DNA of 63,974 nt, the filler included, from Dirinaria sp. TL-2023a (lineage: Eukaryota), in the NCBI GenBank assembly GCA_051941275.1. It is 3 parts of 3 records of this genome, joined end to end, with 100 filler letters (N's around TTAATTAATTAA, not from the genome) between each part and the next. Parts side by side here need not be neighbours in the genome. Positions count along the whole stretch, not along the records: positions 43,288 to 63,974 come from JAVEBF010000277.1; 2 more parts are not named here. The stretch is one strand, 5' to 3'. The position numbers and the translations under genes were made by a program. Every line of letters begins with the position of its first letter. Position 1 is the stretch's first letter. The notes beneath the pieces were generated by a model. It saw nothing but the letters and a program-made list of their open reading frames with translations, was not told where the DNA came from and made no database searches. Positions 43,325-55,800 of this stretch are shown piece after piece.

Positions 43325-44229
43325 ATATGATTCTTAGCCAAACCCACGTCCGGAAGACAAGCCCTTTATTTATTACATATGATACATTTTTTAGGAGCTA
43401 AGGTTTGTCGAGATCCTATCCAACCTCACCCCCCCTAAAACAAAGATTAAATAAATACTTGAAAAATGCGAGCCCAGAATACGTGATGTGGTGCAGCTAG
43501 GGTAGAATTAACCCACGGAACCGGAACCTGGAAGAAAAAAATGGGTGGGAAAGGAAGGGGGGAGCAAAAGTTAAGATGATGTATGTTTGTTGCCTTACTT
43601 GTACTTGATTGATAAGATAGGGCTTCGAAGTGTCGTTGAATATAATAATAGACTACGTCTAGAGATTATTAGAGTGTGATCGAAAACGCTGGGGGTGGAA
43701 GGATCGGTGGTTGACTAAGGTAGCTGGCTGTCATAGCTCTCTTTCTCGTGATTAAAGCCGGCCATGAGACTTTTTTGAGATCGCTCTTGACTGACGGCTT
43801 TTTTTGGATTCAATGTGTCTGTCTTTGCAAAAAGGGGGTTGATATGGGAGAGTCATATATTGAAGTTTTACATGTATATATATATTTCGCGGATCTGGTA
43901 TGATACTGCAAGTACTGTAATTGATCGATAGCGAGCCGCGCCTCATGTTGTACTTTCCGCTGTGGCTTTGTTGGCCAGTGTCACTTGATGGCTTGCTGTC
44001 GCTAGCAAATCACCCAGTTTGATGAAGAAAACCGCCTGACATGTCCACTACATCTCCTGCATTGAGCGCTTGGCTCTCTAGCATCCATAGTACTGAGCCT
44101 TGCTCAATTGATTCGCTAATTGAGCAGATGGGACATAAATCGTAGGCACAGAGATGATTATCTTTCTAGTTCTTGTTCATGACTATCGTAAAGAATCGTA
44201 GCATTGATTAGTGGACGTTGGTTGTGCTT

Positions 44230-45912
44230 TCAAGCTTCTGCAGATTGCAATTTCGGTCGACGCGAGATCAATCCTCTTATCGCTTCCCACGTTTTCCACT
44301 TTTTGTGCTTTTTATCATCTGATCTAATCTTTGCGGTGCCTAGTATGCGCCTGGGCACCCGAAAACGACCGTTAAATAGTTTTCTCCTCACAAAAGGAGT
44401 CCTAGGCGGTTCCTCCACCGGAAGCGTCTTTGTGGACATTTGACGCGAATGCTGAAGCTGGATTGCGGCGGCCTTTGTTGCCGAAGGCTGCGGTGCGGCA
44501 GGCTTCCATCGAGCATCTGGGCTGAAAAGGACGTTAAATACCAGTTTTCCCTCTTGGCCAGGTTGGGCATCAGAAACGCAACTGTTGTCCGCGAGGACCC
44601 TCCCTTCGTATACGAGCAGGATATCATGAGGATCCAATAAAGATTTAGAGAGCGAACGGTGTGATTTCCTTCTCCGGCTGTATTCACATTTAAGTTTCCA
44701 GACACTGTGTTGTGGAGTCACATAACAGTAATCCACATCCCCAGCGAGGGTTCTTACACCCACTTTCACCGAGCGCACTTTCGGCACTGGTTTTGAGACT
44801 GATTTGGGTCTAGCGAGGAATGAGACGCAAGTGAAAGTATCGTCGTTGGTCACGCCGCACTCTCTCAGCGTCTTGTCGCTATCGTGCAGCCGCAACAGTC
44901 GCCCCGAGTGAACGAGACTGAATTGCGCTTCTGGTAACTGGATTCTGTCCCGCACTTGGCTTTTGAGTTGTTCAATTGTCGACTCAGAGTCGATCTGGAA
45001 GACAAGCGTCTTCGCTAGCCCCGCATTTCGAATGAAGACTTGGGTACGGCCGCGAAGAGTAGTATCCAGAGGTGCAACGGTATCCACAGGCGCAACGCCG
45101 CTAATGCTCATCGGTGGGGTGTAGTAAGACGACAGTTGCGTGCCACTTGTGGCTTCGAAGCTGCTGACTTGAAAGCTGGGCGTTCGTGGCGTTAAGTTTG
45201 AGCTCGTGGATGCCGCAGCACTGTCAATAAAGCGGCGAATCGTAAGCCGGAAATCGGTCCTGACATGCGTTCTATCCTCTTCCAAATGGCGAGGAGGCGC
45301 TGGTAATCCAAGCGCTAGCGCGTCCTCTTGTTGTTGCAAAATCATTGGCAATTTAATTTGGAGCTGTCTTAGATGCTCTGCCATTGAGGTCTCGACATTG
45401 GTTGCGGTGGCCCTTATCGCGCTCATCTCTGATTGAATTTTATCTGTCGATATTCTGACGGCACGCAGGTTATATTCGTTCGCCACAGAGATCGCGATAT
45501 TGAGCGTCACCTTGCATTCAGAAAGCTCCCTTCTCAGATCCGCTAGCTTCTTCTCGTCGAACGTCCATTTCGCTTTTTGCAGGGTCCCAGGAGGAGAAGT
45601 GCTATCGGGAGCTTGGTACTTGCCCACAACAGCACTTATCTTTTTGAATACATCCATGCTGTCCCTGAGTGCTTTTGAAAGACCCTCTGACATCACACGC
45701 TCAACCATGGCGCCGGAAGAAGCCTCATCCTGTAAAACAGTCTGTAGTGTTCCTAGAACAAGGTAGAAACCCTCTAGATCAGACGAAAGCGTGAGGATCT
45801 GCTCATGAGCACTTCGAAAGCCATCAATAGCGTTATGGAGTGTCTGGCACGACTTGTACGCCGTAGCTGCCAAGGCTATGAGGGCCGATGAGAGGCCAAT
45901 GGCGTCAGCCAT
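44230..45912 (-). CDS. Fungal HeLo-like/STAND N-terminal domain fused to two ubiquitin-like domains, intronless
   Basis: N-terminus MADAIGLSSALIALAATAYKSCQTLHNAIDGF...KAKWTFDEKKLADLRREL; UBL-like QVFIRNAGLAKTLVFQIDSESTIEQLKSQV...LVHSGRLL...TLRECGV and VRTLAG...SVWKLK...LLVYEGRVL. Confidence 0.78.
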   Translation of the reverse strand: MADAIGLSSALIALAATAYKSCQTLHNAIDGFRSAHEQILTLSSDLEGFYLVLGTLQTVLQDEASSGAMVERVMSEGLSKALRDSMDVFKKISAVVGKYQAPDSTSPPGTLQKAKWTFDEKKLADLRRELSECKVTLNIAISVANEYNLRAVRISTDKIQSEMSAIRATATNVETSMAEHLRQLQIKLPMILQQQEDALALGLPAPPRHLEEDRTHVRTDFRLTIRRFIDSAAASTSSNLTPRTPSFQVSSFEATSGTQLSSYYTPPMSISGVAPVDTVAPLDTTLRGRTQVFIRNAGLAKTLVFQIDSESTIEQLKSQVRDRIQLPEAQFSLVHSGRLLRLHDSDKTLRECGVTNDDTFTCVSFLARPKSVSKPVPKVRSVKVGVRTLAGDVDYCYVTPQHSVWKLKCEYSRRRKSHRSLSKSLLDPHDILLVYEGRVLADNSCVSDAQPGQEGKLVFNVLFSPDARWKPAAPQPSATKAAAIQLQHSRQMSTKTLPVEEPPRTPFVRRKLFNGRFRVPRRILGTAKIRSDDKKHKKWKTWEAIRGLISRRPKLQSAEA

Positions 45913-47279
45913 GATGAGCAGATACCATCCGTGTAAAAACCTCTATCGTAATCGGTCACAGCTATGACATTGCACAATCGTCAGCTCGTGTCGTTACCGA
46001 ATTCTTTTCAGGAAAGAGTTTTGTAGAAAGTGAAGGAGCATGGAGGAAGCTGGAAAGTCTTAGCTACGGTAGGATGGAAATCCTGATTTTGCCAATGAGG
46101 CTGAGGCATATTTTGCAGTCCGCAAAGAGGTAAAGTAGATGGCATGATAGTAAGGTAATACCTCAGGTAAGTAACCTCGGTAGCCTGTCAGCCCAGCCTT
46201 GGCCCCTCGGGCACGATACGCAATCGGAAAATCACTAAAGTACTGTTGCGGGTTCCGTGCTCGTGGTTCTCTGTTCCTCAAGAGAGGCGGGGCAACCCTG
46301 TAAACATGCCCTCCCCTCTGTATTTTCTACCGCCAGTCACCAAAGACTTTCATCCGCTTACCTTAAAATGTTGTACTGTACTAAAACAGTTTGTTTCTAC
46401 GGCAGACGCAAAGCGCGGCATTCGTTGTCTCTCCATTATTCAATAATGCGTTTGACGAGTCTCTTTGCTCTAAAACCTCTGACGCGAGAGCCCGTGTTCC
46501 TTGCCATTTCCTCTGCTCAGCATTATTATAGAACCTGAGCCTTCCCCACTGCAATTTCTGATTTGCGTAATGCCATCTCTTCAGACTTTTCAGACAATCT
46601 GATAGGCGTCTGACCGACTCCTTATGGCTTTCGTTGATCAGGTGCCTTGCTGGAAATGCCACGCTGCTGTGATAATTGCTAGCACCGGTTGGTCCGAGTC
46701 GCAGCTTTGCTGGCAGAACTCGCACGCTGCATCAAGACCTTTCCTGCACCAGGAGCTAAGGACATGGTCATACCGCTATTTCATCCCACAGCAGCGGGTG
46801 TCATGTCGAGTTCTGACTGTTGAACGATCGGGTGAGTCTGGGGAGTTTGTAAATCTTACGACTTGACCGGTTTCACAGAACCGAAATACCTACCTAATCA
46901 CCCGACGAATGCAGGCGTAGAGCAGTCGCCGAAATGGCCATAGACCCATTCAACGACTTGAAACCCCAACTAACGAACTTGATGGCCTGATGAACCGGTG
47001 ACAGAAAATGACGTTGACCGAATTGTGGTTCTGTAACAAATACATTCAAGAGAGGAGAATACCTCTGCAGGCGATAATCAAACGCCCAACCTATCCAACC
47101 TTACCTACGATAAATAGGATAAAACAGAGTTCATGCTCCCCTTACCTGATAACTACCATTACTTTCTTTTCCCTAAGTAAGTGTCATGTCTCAAGGTTTA
47201 CTGCGGGCCCCGATCGTATATATCACTCGTATCACGGCATCTCAGCGTGATCATTAAGTGTTGAAGCTTAAATTTCTTC

Positions 47280-48779
47280 TTAATTTTCCACTGTGATCGA
47301 CACGTTCTTCTCATTCGGCGGAATAATCTCCCGCTCTTTCTGGCCCTCCAGCGTGGGCAGTTCTTTTATAGCGGCATCAATAATGCTTAGAGATCTGCTG
47401 ATCTCCTCTTCGGTGATTACCAACGGAGGTGCCAAGCGTATTATGTTCTGGTGCGTTGGTTTGGCCTTAGAAGCATCAGCATCGCTACTCTTGACATGGG
47501 CAATCTTGAGTGCTCTGCCCACCAATAACCCTTTTTCCTTCATCAACATGCACAGATCCCAGGCGCTGTGCCCATTGGTCTTGGTCTCATCGATCACGAT
47601 GGCGTTAAGTAGCCCTTTACCTCGGACGGTCTTAATCATCGGGCTTCCCAACTCGCGCAGGCCTTGTCGGAACATCTGACCGAGTTGCTCCGCTCGCTCA
47701 ACCAAATTCTCATCTCTCACGATTTCAAGAGCGCGGATCGCGACCGCGCACCCAAGTGGATTACCACCGTACGTAGAACCATGCGTGCCGGGCTCAATCG
47801 TGAGCATGATGTCCTTTGACCCGAGGACGCAGGACACAGGGTACATGCCGCCGGATATTGCTTTACCGAGAAGGACCAGGTCGGGCTTTATGCCGCTCCA
47901 CTCATGGCAGAGGAGTTTGCCAGTTCGTGCGATACCGGTCTGTATCTCATCACAGATAAGGAGTACCTTATGCCTCGTACAGAGGTCCTTGACTTCTTTG
48001 AGATAGGAGTCATCCGGCACGACAATGCCCGCTTCACCTTGGATAGGCTCGACAAGGAAGGCAGCAACCTTGGTTCCGTGGGCTTCCAGAGCAGACTTCA
48101 GAGCGGAGATATCATTGTAAGGAAGAGGCTGTTTCGTCTTAGGACATACCGAGCCAACCTGGGGTAGATAGGGGCCATAATTGTCACGAGATTCAGGGTC
48201 GGTGGACATTGACAGCGCAGAGAAGGTCCGGCCGTGGAAGTTCTCCGTCACACTCAAGACGATAGCTTCATTTGGCGGTATTCCCTTCGCCTTGTACCCC
48301 CATTTGCGTGCAATCTTTACGGCTGTCTCTACTGCCTCTGCTCCAGTGTTCATAGGCAAGACCATATCAAAAGAGAAAAATTTCGTAACGAACTGCGCGA
48401 AGCGGGGAAAGACATCGTTGTGGAAGGCTCTTGAGCTTAGGGTCAATCTCGATGCTTGTTCTGTCAGGGCTTTGACGAGCTCGGGATGGCAATGGCCCTG
48501 GTTGACGGCGCTGTAGGCACTCAGGAAATCAAGATAGTGCTTTCCTTCTGGATCCCATACTGACGTGCCGGCAGCTCGTGCGAAGACTATGGGCAAAGGA
48601 TGGTAGTTGTGGGCGGCGTAGGTGTGTTCGCTATGGATGGCCTCCTCGGTCGACGCTGCATGGTACTGTGAGGGATCTGGGGTTCCGGTTGGGTGAAAGG
48701 CAGGCGCCGTAGCTTTCAGAGTTGTCCCATTTGTTCCGCTTGTATGACCTTTCATTGTATGTGTCGCTATTGGAGACAT
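47280..48779 (-). CDS. CAR2: Ornithine aminotransferase, one in-frame intron 47466-47522
   Basis: [74 protein letters not shown]. Confidence 0.96.
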   Translation of the reverse strand: MSPIATHTMKGHTSGTNGTTLKATAPAFHPTGTPDPSQYHAASTEEAIHSEHTYAAHNYHPLPIVFARAAGTSVWDPEGKHYLDFLSAYSAVNQGHCHPELVKALTEQASRLTLSSRAFHNDVFPRFAQFVTKFFSFDMVLPMNTGAEAVETAVKIARKWGYKAKGIPPNEAIVLSVTENFHGRTFSALSMSTDPESRDNYGPYLPQVGSVCPKTKQPLPYNDISALKSALEAHGTKVAAFLVEPIQGEAGIVVPDDSYLKEVKDLCTRHKVLLICDEIQTGIARTGKLLCHEWSGIKPDLVLLGKAISGGMYPVSCVLGSKDIMLTIEPGTHGSTYGGNPLGCAVAIRALEIVRDENLVERAEQLGQMFRQGLRELGSPMIKTVRGKGLLNAIVIDETKTNGHSAWDLCMLMKEKGLLVGRALKIAHVKSSDADASKAKPTHQNIIRLAPPLVITEEEISRSLSIIDAAIKELPTLEGQKEREIIPPNEKNVSITVEN

Positions 48780-49584
48780 CTTGACAGCTGTGAGATGATA
48801 CTCAACAGCGTTTGCATGTAATATTTCAAAGTTTTCGCTCAATGGGAAGGGAAATGAGGGGGAACCATGCGGCCAGCTAGAATGAGAGGATATACGAGCA
48901 AATAAGTACTGTAGGTACAGTAAGCCAACTTATTCCTGCATCAAATACATAAAGTAAGGTATGTAGGCTCTGTGAATGGAGAAAACAAAAAAGCCCAAGG
49001 AGCTAATTTAGTACTAGGCGAGGATTTGTCGTTCCTAACCGCTGATTCTGTTATTCTCCGAACTTTCCCGTGGGCCGTCAGCCTGAAAGTAGACGCATAC
49101 CTTCAATCGAGATACCTAAAGTACATACATTACTAAGGTACTCTAAGGTGCCCTAAGGTACCTTACATATGGGCTCCCTCGGCCGTTCTCGTGTGACGCT
49201 GCTTCAGGTCTAGTGCGATCAGTAGATCAATGGTGGGGTCTCCAACTTTTGTGAATGAATAGTAAATGCCAAGCGTTTTGATGACGTCCGAGGCGTCCAT
49301 CACGTGGGGTTGGCCGGGTTGCTTCAAGTCATCCCACCACATTAGCTCACCTTACCTACCTCCTTAGGTATCTTACCTCCCTACAGTACCTACGGAGTAC
49401 GTATGTAATAATAAGGTAATCCCTGAATCCCCCAACTGGCCCATCATCCATGGCTGCGCCTGATCTACCTTTGGACGAATACCTTAGGGCTAAAGTTCTT
49501 GTGTCCTCCCAGCCTCGGTATCCTACCTAATTTGGTCCATGGCCCACGCACCAGAGATGGATCTTACTCCATGACCCAGACGCA

Positions 49585-51915
49585 ATGTCGTCTACTCCAA
49601 CTTCAGAGTCTTCGACAAAAGTCGGCAGCGACTCGTCCATGTTTTTCGATGAACCAAAGAGTTTGCGCAAACGTGCATTCAACCGCGCGCAAAAAGCGGC
49701 CAAGTCACAGGACATCTTGCTGTTCTTGGTCGCATTCAGAATTCTGAATGCGCTCAGCATCAGAACCTTCTTCCAGCCCGATGAATACTTCCAGTCGCTT
49801 GAGCCAGCCTGGCAGATTGCCTTTGGCAAGGACAGCGGCGCATGGGTCACATGGGTAGGCATCTATATCTGGGCGCCAGGTGCTGGCGCTGATGTTGATG
49901 TACTTAGGAATGGAAAAACGAGCTGAGATCTGCCATCCATCCGAGTATCTTCGCCGCAGTATACTGGCTTGCTTCATGGCTGTCCACTACGTTGCGGCTT
50001 TCCGCCAATTGGCATGGAGAATTGATGATAGCTGCGCCCAAAGTAACGCAGGCCGTAGTTGCAGCACTGGGTGATTTCTATACCTGGCAGTTGAGCGAGC
50101 AGGTTTACGGACAGGGAAGTAATGAGGCCTGGGCAGCTGTATGTTTCGAAAGCCGATTTGATTCTGGAAATTCTCGAGCAAAGCAGGCTGGCTGACCGTT
50201 CGTTACTCTTGCAACAGCTTCTCTTAAGCGTCTGCAGTCCATGGCAATGGTTCTGTTCTACCCGGACACTTTCCAATTGCCTTGAAACCACATTGACCAT
50301 TGTCGCATTGAATTACTGGCCATGGCATTGGATTATGGACAAGGAGGGTGAAGAGCAGGAAGACGAATACGGCCTGCGTGAAAGAAATGAGCAAACACAA
50401 GACCGGGAGCTCGCGAAGTAAGCAGCATGATCGACGGTTCTGTTCAAGCAGCGCTCATCTCATCAGAAGGCTCTCTAGGTGTCTCCTGCTTGCGGCGCTG
50501 GCGTGCATTCTCCGCCCTACAAACTCCTTAATCTGGATATGCCTGGCTTGCTTCATGCTATGGCGAACCACCACTTTCGGTTGGCTGGTTCCATTCCGAA
50601 GGCCAGAAGCACCAATATGGATCCACATTTCCGCTTTTACTGCAGGCCCGGCAACTTCGAAGGAGCGAATGATACTAGTTATTGAGGCAGCCTTTTGCGG
50701 GTACAAGCAACAACCCCATTCCTTTTCCGCCCTCTAAACCAACTTCAGCTAACACAACGCTTCAGAAGTCTCGTCCTTGCACTCTCGGCGGTCGTCGACC
50801 GTCTTTACTATGGCCAATGGACCCTTCCCCCATTTCGTTTCCTCTATTTCAATTTGGCCCAGTCTCTTGCTGTCTTCTATGGCCGCAACCCTTGGCACTA
50901 CTACATCTCTCAAGGCTATCCTATCCTCCTTACCACTTTTCTTCCCTTTGGCGCTGTTGGCCTTTATCAGGCGTTTTCCCAAGCCTCTCATCCCGACCAA
51001 TCTCTGCTATCGAAGAAAATCAGATACCAGCTAGGTAACACCGCAGTTATTGTCCCTGCAGTCCTCTCTTTGATCTCTCACAAAGAAGTCCGCTTCATCT
51101 ATCCGCTTCTCCCGCTGCTACACATCTTAGCCGCATATCCCATGACGGAATTTTTCTACCCATGCATTGCTGCTTCACCACCACGAATATACCACTCTCT
51201 TCTTCCACGACGGCTTCTTCTCGTCTTTCTGGCGCTCGTCACTGCCGCTCTCTCCCTCCTAACGACAACAAGCCACAACACGGCGCCGTTATCAGTAACT
51301 ACATACCTTCGACACCAATACACGACGCACTATCTCTCACAGCCTCCATCGACATCGATCCTAACACCAGCACCCAGCATAATGACAGTCGGCTTCTTAA
51401 TGCCATGCCACAGCACGCCTTGGCGCAGTCATCTAGTCTTTTCAGGTATCCACGGATGGGCACTTGGATGCGAGCCACCAGTTGGGTCGAATGCTACAGA
51501 GCGGGCGAATTACCTTGACGAGGCAGACCGTTTCTACGCAGATCCCGTCGGATTCCTCAATACTGAGCTTGGTGCTCCACCGCGCCAGAGACGAAGTGGA
51601 TTATTTGGCTTTGGACGACAAAAGCCTATCCATCCAGCAGTTCCGCAGCCGCAATTACCGGACAGCGTCAAAGGGCCTTGGGACGGTCAACCAGGCCCTA
51701 AGCTATGGCCGGAGTATATTGCGTTCTTCGGACAATTGGAGCCGGTAATGAAGACGGTGCTGAAAGGGACGAAGTATCGAGAGTGCTGGCGGGGATGGAA
51801 TAGCTGGGGCCATGATGATTGGAGGAGAAGGGGCGACATCGTGGTGTGGTGCGTAAAGGACAGAGTGCGGACGAAAGGGCACAGGCGCGAGAGGCTGAAA
51901 ATGGAATGGTGGTAG
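49585..51915 (+). CDS. GPI10: GPI mannosyltransferase 3 (PIG-B family), multi-exon
   Basis: [68 protein letters not shown]. Confidence 0.93.
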
Positions 51916-52898
51916 CGTTACCTGAATATGGGGCACGATCTGATATGGCGAGGTTTTCTTTTTCAAGCTTGATACCCCCTTGGATATTTGATTCCATTAT
52001 ATATCTCTTTCAGAGTATTGCATGGGTATTTGGTGACGATCCTTGATCGGCTGGATAGTACGAGTATCTGATCTGCTTGTGGACTGATAACTGATGTCGC
52101 AACGCAAGGACGTTTGCTCTGGTTAGTGAGGAAGTTTATGGGATCGTGATGATGATATGATTATGAACAATATTGTTCTGGAAATGCTTTTCCCGAAGAT
52201 ATATGTATACGTACACTCGAGTGCTGCGCGACTATGAGGTACGGCACGTATTTGCTGCTTTCGGTATCGGAGAGCAGATTGGCCTAAGGTACCTACTATG
52301 TGTACGAGTACTGTACTCGTACATACGCGAGTTGACCTGCAACAAATGACGTATCCCTCACACGAACGGCCATCGCCTCCATCCGAGCCGGGAACCGCGA
52401 ATTGGAGAAAGATGTATTTTGTGAGTCATATCTACTTTATCATTTGTAGTTCTTGGGTACACACTCATAAGTATTTCTGAGTCCTTGGCTGCACCTGGTA
52501 TATTCGGTGTCCGAGATCAAGCTTCAGATCGACAGGCAGCAATGGAAGCGGCCCGTTCGAAGGGCCCAACCCTGATCGAATCTAGCGAGCTGCCAATCCA
52601 ACCAATGAGCTCTGCCAGCTTACTAAAAACCATCCGCAGTCCGCACTTCGGGTTTCTCGGTCCCGAGAAACACATGACTGCTGTTTATCCGTGTTCCGTG
52701 GACGGTGTCATCGATTGTGTGGGAAAAAGTGGCGGGTGAAATCATGTACGGTAATAAAAATCCTACCTACGTGCATGCTTTGACCGCCTCTCTTTGTGGG
52801 AAGTGCAAAGACCCCCGCCCTTTTGCCGAGCCTTTGCTCTGCCATGCAAACGCCCAATTTTCTTGGTCGGTACGAGTACGGTAACATTTGCTAAGAGG

Positions 52899-55800
52899 AT
52901 GACCGAATCTGGTCATCAAGAGAAGGAATATCCCTCCACAGATCCCGTCGGAGCAGCCAATGGCGCCAATACTGAAGAACCCATTGCCACCGAACCTCTG
53001 CAGCAGGTCATCACCGACAGCGCTTCTTCCACCAATGGCGAGAGAAAACAACGCCCGGAAGCCAACAGGACGCTGACGACGACGACGACGAGATCGACTC
53101 TCACAATCGACGACCCGGACCCGAATCCCAAGACGCCAAAGCCATGGTTCAAGCGATTGAACCCCTTGAAACCCTCCCAAAAGCCTCCTGTGCCCAAGGA
53201 CAGGACGGTCTCGAGGGAGTATGGCGCAAGCTTTCTGAGTTTGTTGACTTTTCAATGGATGGCGCCGATAATGAGGGTTGGATATCAGCGGCCGCTGGAG
53301 CTGAATGACATCTGGCTCGTCAATCCGGATCGGCGGGCAGAATTGCTGGCCGACAGACTCCGCGCCTCCTTCAAGAAGCGAACCGCACGTCATGACCGCT
53401 ATCCTTTGTTGTGGGCTATGCATGAGACGTTCAAGCGGGAATTTTGGCTGGGAGGGTTCTGTAATCTGTCCTCCAGCATATTTCAAGTTCTGTCGCCATT
53501 CACCCTGAAATATCTGATTTCGTTCGCCACGCAAGCCTACTACGCGCAGCAAGCCGGTCTCCCCCCTCCGCCGATTGGCAAAGGAATCGGTCTGGTGATT
53601 GGCATAACCATCATGCAAATGCTCCAAAGTCTGGGAACAAACCACTTCATCTACAGGGGGCAAATCGTCGGTGCGCAGTCGAGGGGCGTCTTGACAAATC
53701 TGATCTTCGAGAAAGCCATGACAATTTCTGCAAGGGCTAGAGCAGGAGGCAAAGCTGTTGAAGATCAAACCTATGAAAAGGAACAATCTGGCAATAATGG
53801 TGTGAGGGGCGGCAACTTGATCACACGTGTGATCAAGAAGAGAACCCAGCCACACACAGGTCCCAAGGTTACGCCTGATCAGGCCAGAGGAATACTTGGC
53901 GATGGTGCTGGCTGGGGTAGTGGCAGAATTGTCAATTTAATGTCTACGGATACTTATCGTATTGATCAGGCCTCAGGCATGTTTCACTTGGTCTGGACCT
54001 CGCCTGTGGCGATAACCATTACCCTCGTGGTGCTTCTTATTAATCTGACATACTCAGCGTTGGCTGGATTCGCGCTTTTAGTCATTGGAATTCCAGCCCT
54101 TACGAAAGCTATCAAGTCCCTTTTTGTGCGCCGACGAGCTATTAACAAGATCACCGACGAACGTGTCTCGCTCACGCAAGAAATCTTACAATCCGTCAGA
54201 TTCGTCAAATACTTCGGGTGGGAGAGTAGCTTTTTAGAGCGCCTTGGGAGTATCAGGAAACGCGAGATCCGCGCTATCCAGATACTTCTCGCTATTAGAA
54301 ACGCTATAAATGCGGTGTCTATGTCTTTACCTATTTTCGCCTCCATGCTCTCATTCATCACATTTTCTCTCTCCCAGCACCAGCTCGATCCAGCCCCAAT
54401 TTTTTCTTCACTCGCTCTGTTCAACTCGCTGCGAATGCCATTGAACCTGCTGCCGCTCGTTATTGGTCAAGTTACTGACGCTTGGGCTTCCATTGGGCGT
54501 ATCCAGGACTTTATGCTGGCTGAGGAGCAGTATGATGATTTCATCTGGAACATGGAGCGAAAAGACGCCGTCTCAATGGAGCACGCGGACTTCACCTGGG
54601 AGCGCACTGTAACACAGCAAAGTGACAAGCCTCGCCCGCCGCCGAAAACTTTCAAAAAGGCGGACAAAGTTACGGAAAAGTCGAGGAAATCAGCCGACTT
54701 CCTAGAGGGTACAGATAGCGCCAGTACACTCACCAGTGAAGAGCCCTTCAGGCTTCACGATCTGAACCTTTCAGTGGAGCGGAAAGAACTCATTGCCGTC
54801 ATTGGCGGTGTAGGTTCCGGAAAGTCAAGCCTGCTCGCGGCCCTTGCGGGCGATATGCGTAAAACCAACGGCTCGGTCACGATGGGAGCTAAAAGGGCAT
54901 TCTGTCCGCAATATGCATGGATCCAGAATACAACTGTGAGGGAAAACATTCTATTCGGGAAAGATTACAACCGCAAATGGTACGACGAAGTGGTTGATGC
55001 TTGTGCCCTGCGAGCAGATCTCGACATGCTACCACATGGCGATCAGACCGAGATAGGAGAGCGAGGTATTACCGTCTCCGGCGGGCAAAAGCAAAGGCTC
55101 AATATTGCTCGAGCTATATACTTCGACAGCGACATCGTCCTTATGGATGATCCGCTTTCAGCAGTAGATGCTCATGTGGGACGTCATATCTTCGACAATG
55201 CCATATGCGGCCTGCTGAAGGACAAATGCAGGATCCTTGCGACGCATCAGCTCCACGTCCTTCATAGATGCGATAGAATTGTATGGCTACATAATGGCCA
55301 CGTGTTGAGTATTGACACGTTTGACAACTTGATGCGAGACAACAAAGATTTCCAGAAGATGATGGCAAGTACCGCTCAAGAAGAGAAAGTAGAGGAGGAG
55401 GCCGACGCCAACGAAGATGAGATTGAAGACGAGAAGAAGGCCGCCAAGAAGAGAAAGGTCGCAAAGAGAGGTGCTGCGCTCATGCAGCAAGAGGAACGAG
55501 CAGTCAAGAGTGTATCTTGGAGCGTATACGGCGCTTACGTCCGAGCATCCGGCACTATACTAAACGCTCCATTTGTGATTTTCTTGCTCATCATCTCTCA
55601 AGGCGCCAATATCACAACCAGTCTTTGGCTTTCATGGTGGACATCGAACAAGTTCGGATACTCGACCGGTCAGTACATTGGAGCGTATGCCGCCCTCGGC
55701 GCCATCCAAGCTTTTCTCATGTTCGCCTTCTCTGTTTGTTTGACGACTCTCGGCACGAGATCAAGTAGGGTTCTCCTCCAGCAAGCGATGACAAGAGTGT

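Noticed and set aside
52767..53855. 362 aa antisense ORF
   Set aside because: Shadow of the YOR1 coding strand with no recognisable motifs
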